Origin: a virus
Strand: one strand, 5' to 3'
Virus record (IMG/VR): IMGVR_UViG_3300004369_000003
Coordinates: 38,540 to 102,539 of that record
Length of the DNA: 64,000 nucleotides
In this document: in pieces, positions 40,250 through 48,850 of the stretch
How positions within the stretch are numbered: position 1 is the stretch's first letter
Layout: each line of letters begins with the position of its first letter
The notes under the pieces: generated by a model
What the model saw: only the letters and a program-made list of their open reading frames with translations
The model's database searches: none
What the model was told of the DNA's origin: nothing
Made by a program: the position numbers and the translations under genes

Positions 40250-43200
40250 TACGCCGCGCCCTTTCGCATCAGTGAGGCAAGTTCACGGGACACCTTGATT
40301 GCGAGGTCTCGCTCGTTCATTCCAGCAGATGGGTAGACATTGATTGTGGCACCAGCGCCACCGTTAGACAGCATGGCAATCATGGCCTTATCGCGCTTTG
40401 ACAAGCCATCTGGGTCAAGTGGCTCAACGCGCTCTGGGCGACCAGCCTCGGCAATCTGAGCGAGTGTTCCTCCAGCGCTCGGGTAGACAATTCCGCCTTT
40501 AGCAAGGCTAATTGTAGGAATGTTGGGGGTTTCAATCGTGAAACCTTTACCAGCAATTCCAAAGAATCTAGTTCCAACGTTGTTTGGGATTCTAATTTCA
40601 ATTTTGAAATCGTTCCAGGCTCTAATCATTTTGTTGAGAACCCCAACAAAACCATCTTTTAGTCCGTCCCAAAGACCCGCAACGGCGTTCGCCATTCTTG
40701 ATGGAAGGCCAGTGAAAAAGTCAACCAAAGACTGAATCTTGCCTTTAATCCAGTCATAAACCTTAGGCCAGGTCTCTTTAGCAAAGTTCCACAGAACTGT
40801 AATTGGGTTGTACTGCTTGATGAAGTTCGAAACAGTTGTTGATAGCCCAACAACCGCGTCCTTAATTTTTCCAGGAAGTTGGGTAAACCAAGTTTTGATT
40901 TTGTCCCAGTTCTCACCGATGAGACGCCAGATAACAAGAAGTGGGTGGTACTTATTGATGAAATCAAGAACTTTGCCACCCAAGTCTTTAATAAAGTCCA
41001 GAATTTTTCCAGGAAGTTCGGTGAACCAAGTGGAAATGGTGTCCCAGTTCTCTGTGATGAGACGCCAAAGAATTGCAATCGGGTGATATTCAAGAATGAA
41101 GTCTTTAACTGTAGTAGCTAGATTTGCTAAAGCAGTAAGTATTTTTCCAGGAAGTTCTGTAAAGAAACTTACGATTCCGTTCCAAACATTTGCTGTTGTT
41201 TCGGTAATCCAGTTCCAAATTGCTGAAACTTTTTCTGAAATCCAATTAAGAGCGTTTCCAACTATTTCTTTAATCTTGTCCCAGTTCATAACAATCAAAG
41301 TCACGATTGTTACGAGAGCAACAATAATAAGAATCCATGGGTTAGCCATCAAAAGTTTGCCGATGCTTCCGAGAGCACCTTTGACGACTCCAAGAATTTT
41401 TCCGAAGCCACCCTTGATTGCACCGATAGCAGCTCCAGCCGCGCTACCGAAATTTTTAAATACCTTGATTAGTTTTCCGCCAGAACCTGGAACCTTATTG
41501 AGGACACCAGTAAGGTTCTTAATTGCGGTGATGGGGGCGAGGATGTTTCCTCCCAGGACCTTAAAGGCGAATCCTCCGACTTTACCGATAAGCCCCAGGG
41601 CTCGTGTTGCAGCAAAAATTGGTGCAACGAAGAGGAAAATCTGTCTGACTGTTTCGTTTCCAAAGATTGCGTTTACAACCTTTAGGGCTTCAGTCAGAAT
41701 GTTGAAGAAGATTTCAAGGGAGCCAGACTCGGTGAACGTCTTGATAACCTTGGAAAACTCAATAATAAAGTCACCGAATGCTGGAAGTGACTTGTTAACT
41801 TCTGTACCAATCTCACCAAAGATGTCTACTGCTTCGCTAAGCTTGTCAGCGAAGATTCCTACGCCTTCGTCATCACCTAGTTTGAGAATCTCAGCAACAA
41901 TGTTCCCGAGAAGGTCTAGGACCTTAGTTGCGTTCTCTGTTGCTTTGAGGAAGTACTCACCGAGCGAACCATCCTTATTCATACTCGCCATGAGGTCTGC
42001 AAAGCCCTGAGTTGCATCCTCAAAGTAAGTAAGAAGAAGTTCTGCGGCCCCGCCTTCCATGATGGAGTCGCCAATGCTCTTGAAAGCATCAAAAAGCGTT
42101 CCGAGAATTCCTGCCAGACGACCGATAATGTCGCCAGCAGTGTTGAACTTATCCGTGGCCTTTTTTACGCCCTCTTCAGTATTGAGGGTCATCTTCCAGC
42201 CATCGGTAAGGACTACCAGCCAGTCTCCAAACCTATCAATGAGGGGTCCAGCGGCTTCAAGAAGAATCAGGAATACTTCATACAAGTTGGCAGCAGCAGT
42301 GCTGACATTATCAATAAAACCTTCTGCAATCTCCCAGACGTTTGACAGTCTGTCTAGATTCTTTTGTTCTGTAATTACGTCTGCAAACTTGTTGGCTACA
42401 TTTCCTAGAGTCTCTCCCATACTCTCTAAGAGAGGGATAAGAGTCGGGAAAAGTTTTGTTCGAAGTTTTTCAAGGGCTGTTTCAAGAAGAGGGAAAAACT
42501 CTCTGCCAGCCGCGGCTTTGAGCTTATCCAACTCTGGGATGAACGTTTTAATCATGTACAGAACGAAATCTTGCGCTTCTTTGGACAGTTTGTCCATTGC
42601 ATCTGCGAAAGAGTTCGCCGCAGCGCCGCCCTTCTTTAGGTCTTCAAGGTCTGCTTCTGCATCTTTAATTTGTTCTGCAAGTTTGAGGCGGTCTTCTTGA
42701 ATCTTCTTGATAATCTCGCCGTTTGCACCTAGAGCGTCTTGCGCTTCTAGCGCTTCATTTGCAGCATCTTGTGCTCTTTGATTGGCTCTTGCTGCGTCTT
42801 CTCCAGCCTCAATCTCTGAAATAGCAGCGTCTGCTGCAGCTTCTTTGGCGTCAATGACGGCTTTTGAACCTTCAACGCCAGCAGCACTTGCTTTTGCCTC
42901 TGCCTTTTGAAGGTCAGAGTTGCGGTCAATGGCCTTGCGAAGGTTTAGCTCTGCCTCAGCAAACGCAAGCTCTGCTTCTTGACGAGCGCGAGAGTTTGGT
43001 GGGAGGTCTTGAACACGCTGAAGAGATTCGCGGGCCTTCTCAAACTCAAGGCGAGCCTTTTTCTCAGAGATTGCACCGCCTTCAAGTTCAAAGCGGAGTT
43101 GTTGTAAGGCTTCCTTTGCTTCTTCCCTGGCTTCAGTTACTCGTTCTTGAGCCTTTCTAGCCCTGTCCTGAGCCTTTTCATATGCTCTGCCAGCTCTAAC

Positions 43201-43833
43201 GGCACTAATGGCAGCATCTGCCGCCGCCTGAGTTGCGTCCGCTAAGCGTCTGGCACCTTCAGCCATACGCCTTTCAAATTCTGCGCCTCCTCGACGGAGA
43301 GCGTCTTGTTCTTTTAGAAGTTCGTTGAGCCGTTTCTGTGCTTTCTCAATTGCTCTAGCGTTGTTGGCTCCAGCCCCCTGCGCTTTCATGCCAGCACCGA
43401 TTGCAGCGCCAACTCCTGAGAAAGCGGCAGCAAGAGTTCCAGCAGCAAAACCTAGGCTTACTAAAGCACCACCCAAAACAATTGCTGCAGGCGTTGCTCT
43501 ACTTAGCAGGGTAACCAGAGTTACAAGACCAGCACCAAGAGAACCAATTGCCCCTACTACACCAGAAATTGCTGGGCCCAGAAAGTAACCAGCCTGAACC
43601 AATCTGTTGAACTTTTGACGAGCGGCTTCTAGGTTTGCAGCAAACTTGCCTCCGAAAAGGTCGTCATCGCCGCCACCTCTTGCTCTTTTTAGACCCCGAG
43701 ATAGTCCTTGTCCTAGTTCTTCTCCAGCTTTTTCACCAATAGAGTCAAGTCCTCGAAAGGCTTCTTGGATTTGCTCTTTTACCCGCCAGGTGATGGCGTG
43801 AACGTTAATATGTGCTTCACCTACTACTGCCAC
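40249..43833 (-). CDS. Tape measure protein
   Basis: 1194-aa helical/coiled-coil protein, Trp-spaced repeats, C-terminal LAKGGIV...IAEAGRPE; follows tail chaperones. Confidence 0.92.
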   Translation of the reverse strand: MAVVGEAHINVHAITWRVKEQIQEAFRGLDSIGEKAGEELGQGLSRGLKRARGGGDDDLFGGKFAANLEAARQKFNRLVQAGYFLGPAISGVVGAIGSLGAGLVTLVTLLSRATPAAIVLGGALVSLGFAAGTLAAAFSGVGAAIGAGMKAQGAGANNARAIEKAQKRLNELLKEQDALRRGGAEFERRMAEGARRLADATQAAADAAISAVRAGRAYEKAQDRARKAQERVTEAREEAKEALQQLRFELEGGAISEKKARLEFEKARESLQRVQDLPPNSRARQEAELAFAEAELNLRKAIDRNSDLQKAEAKASAAGVEGSKAVIDAKEAAADAAISEIEAGEDAARANQRAQDAANEALEAQDALGANGEIIKKIQEDRLKLAEQIKDAEADLEDLKKGGAAANSFADAMDKLSKEAQDFVLYMIKTFIPELDKLKAAAGREFFPLLETALEKLRTKLFPTLIPLLESMGETLGNVANKFADVITEQKNLDRLSNVWEIAEGFIDNVSTAAANLYEVFLILLEAAGPLIDRFGDWLVVLTDGWKMTLNTEEGVKKATDKFNTAGDIIGRLAGILGTLFDAFKSIGDSIMEGGAAELLLTYFEDATQGFADLMASMNKDGSLGEYFLKATENATKVLDLLGNIVAEILKLGDDEGVGIFADKLSEAVDIFGEIGTEVNKSLPAFGDFIIEFSKVIKTFTESGSLEIFFNILTEALKVVNAIFGNETVRQIFLFVAPIFAATRALGLIGKVGGFAFKVLGGNILAPITAIKNLTGVLNKVPGSGGKLIKVFKNFGSAAGAAIGAIKGGFGKILGVVKGALGSIGKLLMANPWILIIVALVTIVTLIVMNWDKIKEIVGNALNWISEKVSAIWNWITETTANVWNGIVSFFTELPGKILTALANLATTVKDFILEYHPIAILWRLITENWDTISTWFTELPGKILDFIKDLGGKVLDFINKYHPLLVIWRLIGENWDKIKTWFTQLPGKIKDAVVGLSTTVSNFIKQYNPITVLWNFAKETWPKVYDWIKGKIQSLVDFFTGLPSRMANAVAGLWDGLKDGFVGVLNKMIRAWNDFKIEIRIPNNVGTRFFGIAGKGFTIETPNIPTISLAKGGIVYPSAGGTLAQIAEAGRPERVEPLDPDGLSKRDKAMIAMLSNGGAGATINVYPSAGMNERDLAIKVSRELASLMRKGAA

Positions 43834-43862
43834 ACGCCATCACCTCCTTTCGAGTAGTTGTT

Positions 43863-44330
43863 TCAGCCCAGTGGGGCGTCTAAGGTCTTCCCAAACGGCA
43901 TAGGGCTGTCTGGGTTGAATTCGGTCGGTGGAACATACGCTTTTCTTGTCATCGGTGATGGGTCAAAAGGTTCAAGAATTTCTTCTCTCCCCTTGCTCAC
44001 ATACCCATCCGAGGGAATCTTTGAGCCGTCTGCATATTGAGACGCACCTAAAGACTGCTTCGTTTTGTACTTGTACTTCGTGCCGTACAAAGACTCGTAG
44101 ACTAAAGTCCTTGTTTCAGACCTGGCTTCTGCTTGTTCGGCGGTTTGGTTGTTTAGGTCTTCTTCAAAGTAATAGTGAAGAACATCTACCATGTCATCCG
44201 CCTCCATTTTTGCCAGTCTGAGCCCGTGTACAAGTGCTTTACCGTTGACGTAAGGCCAGAGGTCTACTGCCCACTCAAGGAAGGCTCTGGCTGCTGCGTA
44301 GGGCGGCCTGTGTATTCCTCCACAAGCCAC
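43863..44330 (-). CDS. Tail assembly chaperone, C-terminal (frameshift) extension (gpT-like)
   Basis: Overlaps the upstream chaperone ORF in the -1 frame; sits just before tape measure. Confidence 0.7.
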   Translation of the reverse strand: MACGGIHRPPYAAARAFLEWAVDLWPYVNGKALVHGLRLAKMEADDMVDVLHYYFEEDLNNQTAEQAEARSETRTLVYESLYGTKYKYKTKQSLGASQYADGSKIPSDGYVSKGREEILEPFDPSPMTRKAYVPPTEFNPDSPMPFGKTLDAPLG

Positions 44331-44614
44331 GCGACAATTTCTGTCAAAGTTTCAACAGTGACAATCTTGTCTGGGTCCTTTAGTAGGGCATCGAACTTCT
44401 CATAGTCCTCAGGGAGGATTGCTGTAGCAAAGAAGTCTTCAACAGTCTTTGCCATAGCAGCGCCATCGTCTGAGTTGGAGTTTGAAACCATGTCCAGCAT
44501 TGTCTTGCCTTGAACTGCTGGACGGCACCTAAACTCCTCATCATAAAGTTTGAACGAGAGAGGGCTGAGGTTTGTATCCTTAGCGCCCCCAAAGTCCTTA
44601 AATCGGGATGTCAT
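44264..44614 (-). CDS. Tail assembly chaperone (gpG-like)
   Basis: Position upstream of TMP; ends WLVEEYTGRPT as in actinophage chaperones. Confidence 0.8.
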   Translation of the reverse strand: MTSRFKDFGGAKDTNLSPLSFKLYDEEFRCRPAVQGKTMLDMVSNSNSDDGAAMAKTVEDFFATAILPEDYEKFDALLKDPDKIVTVETLTEIVAWLVEEYTGRPTQQPEPSLSGQ

Positions 44615-44676
44615 CGGTTCTTTCCTTATCTGTGTCGTTGACCTACTACAAGCCGTAGTAGACCAGGTTTACTTGC

Positions 44677-45057
44677 TTATTTTATCAACCTGAGATTGTC
44701 ACTAAGGTAGCGATTTGGCTTGGTTCCAGGGTGTCGAACCAAGTGTGTAATCACCAATTGTCCTTTCGTGTAGAACCTCAAGACTTGTGAATTTTTTGGC
44801 CTAATCAGGTGGGGTCTAGTTCCCTCATGGTGCATGTAGGCATAACTAAGAGGAGAACCAATTCTGACGTACTGACCTCTAGTGTCTTTTAGATGACGCA
44901 TGTGGATTGACTGTCTAAGTGCTCCAGTCTGAACCCCGACTTGGCGTTGAGCCGCTGCTTTAATAAGCAGTCCCTTCCTGTGGAGATACTTTCCTACGTC
45001 TCCAGATGGAGATTTAAGCATGTAGTCCATTGAGGGGTAGAAGTAGACCTTTGCCAT
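44677..45057 (-). CDS. Neck/tail-completion protein (HK97 gp10-like)
   Basis: VQTGALRQSI...YAYMHHEGTRPHLIRP...VRHPGTKPNRYL. Confidence 0.75.
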   Translation of the reverse strand: MAKVYFYPSMDYMLKSPSGDVGKYLHRKGLLIKAAAQRQVGVQTGALRQSIHMRHLKDTRGQYVRIGSPLSYAYMHHEGTRPHLIRPKNSQVLRFYTKGQLVITHLVRHPGTKPNRYLSDNLRLIK

Positions 45058-45563
45058 TACGGCACCGCCATCGTGATGGTCATGCGGACATTCTGGAATC
45101 CACCCTCTGGGCCCTCAGCGTCAACAGTTGCAATTACGCCAAGACCGAAAGCGCCGTTACCAGCCCATGAATCAAATTGGTTGACACTTTCCATTAGAAT
45201 CCATGCGTCATACGCGGCAACAGTCGTTGCGTTCTGGATTGAGGCAGCACTCGGTGGTTGACCGTTAGCGCCGACAATTGGTACAGCGCGAGAAACAGTG
45301 ATGTTGAGCGTGGCACTTCGTGGGTCATGGCAACGGCGAGGCTCTGTGGCTTCGTCTCCAGGAGCACCGATATACATTTGAATAAGGGAGACAACTATTT
45401 GCTCACAGTCCACTGCTGGTGGAGCAAAGTTCCAATAACGCTTGGAAGGGATAGGCATGTTGTAAGAGTCGTAGGTTGCTACAACCCTGTCTAGGACATC
45501 CTGAAGAAATACAGCCAAGTTTTTAGCATTGTCGTCTACGCCACTTACGTCTGTTATTGCCAT
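45057..45563 (-). CDS. Putative tail terminator/head-tail connector
   Basis: Position and size; DCEQIVV...GPEGG motif. Confidence 0.55.
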   Translation of the reverse strand: MAITDVSGVDDNAKNLAVFLQDVLDRVVATYDSYNMPIPSKRYWNFAPPAVDCEQIVVSLIQMYIGAPGDEATEPRRCHDPRSATLNITVSRAVPIVGANGQPPSAASIQNATTVAAYDAWILMESVNQFDSWAGNGAFGLGVIATVDAEGPEGGFQNVRMTITMAVP

Positions 45564-45584
45564 GTCATTTACCTCTCTAGTCTC

Positions 45585-46724
45585 TTACACAATCGCAATC
45601 GGTGTTACTCGTTCTCCCATTTGGTAAATCACGTTGCTAGTCAGCATGTGAATAACCTCTTCAACCTCTGGGTTACCTAGGCTCGGCCTCGTTGCGTAGA
45701 GGTCCAAGGTGCCTGGGTCCCTTGGCCCAAGAATTGAAAGAAGGTCTGAGTAACTAGCGCTTAAGCGAAGCGTCTCTTCTGTTCTGTCTAAAGAGACAGC
45801 GTTGCTTAGAGCCCTCGTGGTGGTGTTTGTGTAGTTGCTGATGGTTGCAGAAACTTCCCATGCTGAATCGTTAAGAAGGAAGTCGCCACCAAACTCGTTG
45901 AGGTAATAGACGTTTGTTCCGCCGTCAGCGTTGAAGTACAGGTCAAAAGCGCTCAACTCAAACATTGGGCTGTGGCCCTGAATACGTCGAGCCCTGTTTC
46001 CGTCTGGTGTGAATACACGAGCGCGGGCACGGGCCTTGTCTGGGTTGGCTGTTTTGAGGAATAGGTCTACGGCGTAGATGCCAGTACGAAGTTCGTCAAC
46101 AAAGTCTTGGTTGTCTAGAAGTGTGTAAGTAACGCCCTGACGGACAATAGAAGTGACGCGCTGAGGAAGGGCGCAGTCGTCATCGTTCTCGTAGAGTTTT
46201 ACAAGTTCTGTAGCAAGAATTCTGGCTGCGGCTTTTCCAGCGGTTGGAGGCGGAGAGCCGTAGGTGTAGGTGACCTCAACTGCAGCAGAACTCCAGTTAG
46301 CGTTTGGAGTTGCGTAGATAGTTGAATGGTCCGCTAGATAGTAAGTATCGGGGTCAATGATGTTTCCATTGATGTCCCGCATATTGTGGACAGCAACAAC
46401 TTTGCGACCTCGTAGTCGAAGACGACTTGTTGAACTAGTTCCATCTCCTAGGTAGTCGTGATTGGAATACCGACCAAAACCACCAGTTGCGACGTTCTCT
46501 ACTTCACCGTCAACAAGAACTGGTGCATAGGTAAGACGCGAAGCACCAGCGCGAAGATAAGGGTCGTAGGCGGAAACGTAACGCTCAGTTACCCGAGTAA
46601 CACCCGAGAACTTGCGCCCTGACATCGCCCAGAGCAGGTATGAAGCAGTTTTGATGGCGTCGTAAGCATAGTCAGAATCCGCATAGACGCCCAGGTCCTC
46701 AGGGTCTGTCCACAGATTACTCAT
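45585..46724 (-). CDS. Head-to-tail adaptor
   Basis: ASYLLWAMSGRKF...VTYTYG...CALPQRVTSIVRQGV...RTGIYAVDLFL, typical of actinophage adaptors. Confidence 0.75.
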   Translation of the reverse strand: MSNLWTDPEDLGVYADSDYAYDAIKTASYLLWAMSGRKFSGVTRVTERYVSAYDPYLRAGASRLTYAPVLVDGEVENVATGGFGRYSNHDYLGDGTSSTSRLRLRGRKVVAVHNMRDINGNIIDPDTYYLADHSTIYATPNANWSSAAVEVTYTYGSPPPTAGKAAARILATELVKLYENDDDCALPQRVTSIVRQGVTYTLLDNQDFVDELRTGIYAVDLFLKTANPDKARARARVFTPDGNRARRIQGHSPMFELSAFDLYFNADGGTNVYYLNEFGGDFLLNDSAWEVSATISNYTNTTTRALSNAVSLDRTEETLRLSASYSDLLSILGPRDPGTLDLYATRPSLGNPEVEEVIHMLTSNVIYQMGERVTPIAIV

Positions 46725-46757
46725 TACGTCGCCTCTCTAAATACTCCCGATACTAGT

Positions 46758-46812
46758 TGGGGCGGGCAGGGCCAGAGTGCTAAACAACACCCAAGGCACT
46801 CTGCCCGCCCCA
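46758..46812 (-). terminator. Strong stem-loop downstream of major tail gene
   Basis: TGGGGCGGGCAG ... CTGCCCGCCCCA 12-bp inverted repeat plus inner AGAGTGC/GCACTCT. Confidence 0.65.
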
Positions 46813-46818
46813 CTTAGA

Positions 46819-47865
46819 TTAGGAAGTTGGGTCCTCTGACGAAGCGATGATGAAGTCAATCGGCTCGTCTGGGTTGTAGTCATCCGCACCAGGAACGTTG
46901 TAGTTCTCAGTTGAACCCTGGCTCTCAAAGTCAGTGACTGCGAGGTAACCACGGTTACGAATAACATCACCAGCTGGTGTTACGGGTGTGCTAGCAACAT
47001 CAGCCGCTGTTTTGTTGAAGCGGAAGGATGTTGTGCTAGGCACTGCGGTGATTGTGTAGGTCCCGTTGAATGTTGCATCAACACCTGCGATTGTCACGCT
47101 CTGACCTTGCTCAAACCCGTGTGCTGTACCAGTAGTGATTGTTGCAACGTTAGAGGTAAGGGCCTTGTTGGTCACGGTGTTGCTAGCAACATCAAACCAG
47201 CGGTAGAAGCCCTTGAGGCCCTCAGGAGCCCATGTACCACGGGCGTAGCTGTAGGGGCGCTCTGTTGCAACGGGGTATTCCCAGCGTCCGTCAAGACCAG
47301 TAGCGAATTGAACGTTACCGAGACCGTAACCCTCAAATGTGTTGGCGAGGAGGCCGTTCTCAATAACGCGGTCACCGCTCTGGCGAAGGCGTGCGTAGGG
47401 GAAAACCCAGTAGAAGTATGGGAGATTGGTGTCGCGCTTGCCATCCTTCACAGCGAAGGACCAAACCTCGATTGAAACTCCGTTACCTGAGGGGTCGTCA
47501 CCAACACCAGGAGACGCCCAACCGACGCTCTTGTTGTCTGGTGATGCGTAAGAGCCGAAGTTCTTGCGAAGTAGCAGACCACCTGACATCAGAGCGGTTA
47601 GCTCAGGGTCAGGCTCGCAAATCGCAATTTCCATGGTGATGCGCTTGAGGGTGTCGGGCGCTTTGTAAGACACGCAAATGGTGCCGTCAGCCGACTTCTC
47701 AACGATTTCATCACCCTCTTCGTACTCGGGTGTAAATGAGGCTCGCAAAAATGCCGAGGTGGCGTAACTATCTCCTGGTCCATTCAGAAGGTTACCAGCG
47801 GCGTCCAGTCGAGTGACTCGAATCGCCACACCTTGGACGCTAGCCGCATAGTCTTGTGTAGCCAT
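46819..47865 (-). CDS. Major tail (tube) protein with C-terminal beta decoration module
   Basis: IRVTRLDAAG...PEYEEGDEIVEKSADGTICV...CEPDPEL...YFYWVFP; position. Confidence 0.8.
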   Translation of the reverse strand: MATQDYAASVQGVAIRVTRLDAAGNLLNGPGDSYATSAFLRASFTPEYEEGDEIVEKSADGTICVSYKAPDTLKRITMEIAICEPDPELTALMSGGLLLRKNFGSYASPDNKSVGWASPGVGDDPSGNGVSIEVWSFAVKDGKRDTNLPYFYWVFPYARLRQSGDRVIENGLLANTFEGYGLGNVQFATGLDGRWEYPVATERPYSYARGTWAPEGLKGFYRWFDVASNTVTNKALTSNVATITTGTAHGFEQGQSVTIAGVDATFNGTYTITAVPSTTSFRFNKTAADVASTPVTPAGDVIRNRGYLAVTDFESQGSTENYNVPGADDYNPDEPIDFIIASSEDPTS

Positions 47866-47897
47866 TCCAGTGTGCTCCTTATTGTTGTGTTTGGGGC

Positions 47898-48785
47898 TTA
47901 GTCGCTAGGAAGTGTCACTCGCACTGTGAAGTGCATGGAGGGGTCGGCATAAACCGCAGCGGGGCGGAATGCTTTAATCCTCATGTTGTTTATTGTAACA
48001 TCTGCGCCTTGTGCCAAGTCCTCATTTACGATTTCTGGCTTGCCCAGGTGTACATCAACTTGACCAGTTGCATACATCCACTTATTGGTAGGAGATGCTG
48101 CAGCGTTTTCTGTTCCGACAGGGCCGTTTCCTGTGTAGCCAGAACCAATGACAACATCTGTTCCGAGACGAGTCATTACTCGACCAGACTTTCCGTCATC
48201 GCTCTTCTTGTAGACCAGACGAGACCCCAAAATTGAGGCAACGTCGCGAGTCATGTGAATCACGCCATTCTCACCTGTAGGTGAGTTGGCAATGGCTTGC
48301 TCTAGATACATCAGTCCGTTTTCTGGCTTGAAAGCGCCAGTTGCGGCGAGAGTTGAACCAGCCTTACGCAGATACATATTTGGTGCATCTGGGCTGGGGG
48401 CTTGAGCGGCTACGCCCTCCCAAAACTCTCGTTCAACAGCCTTCTGAGTAGCGGCTTCTAGCTGAGCAACTACTGCAGCAAATCGGTCTTCACCAGGAAG
48501 ACTGAATGTTGAATCAAAAATCTCAGCGTCAATGTAGAAAGGAACATACTCAACGTAGATTTGGTCACCTTGATTGTCTGTAAGTTCCCCGCCACTGACG
48601 GTTTCATCGTTGACTGTAAGCAGTCGCAGATATGACGGAAGTGTGTTCACTTCCTGGTCGATACGACGAACCCATCGTTCGTCGTAAGCCCGACCCGTGT
48701 GCTTCATCACACGGGCGACGCTCAGGATTCCGCAGGGGGCGGGAACAAGCTCATTCGGTGGGAATACTCCTCTGAATGTTGCCAT
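47898..48785 (-). CDS. Putative major capsid pentamer / second capsid protein
   Basis: 295 aa directly after MCP; AVEREFWEG, GVIHM, TRLGTDVVIGSGY, WMYATG resemble the cluster-B mycobacteriophage pentamer protein. Confidence 0.6.
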   Translation of the reverse strand: MATFRGVFPPNELVPAPCGILSVARVMKHTGRAYDERWVRRIDQEVNTLPSYLRLLTVNDETVSGGELTDNQGDQIYVEYVPFYIDAEIFDSTFSLPGEDRFAAVVAQLEAATQKAVEREFWEGVAAQAPSPDAPNMYLRKAGSTLAATGAFKPENGLMYLEQAIANSPTGENGVIHMTRDVASILGSRLVYKKSDDGKSGRVMTRLGTDVVIGSGYTGNGPVGTENAAASPTNKWMYATGQVDVHLGKPEIVNEDLAQGADVTINNMRIKAFRPAAVYADPSMHFTVRVTLPSD

Positions 48786-48850
48786 TTCCTATATCTCCTT
48801 TGGTTTCCTGAGCGTCGCCTGATGTGAATTACGAGTTGCTAGCTATCGGC

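Noticed and set aside
41096-42700. Long + strand ORFs (304 aa, 213 aa) opposite the tape measure
   Set aside because: Shadow frames from codon bias; fully overlap a well-supported gene
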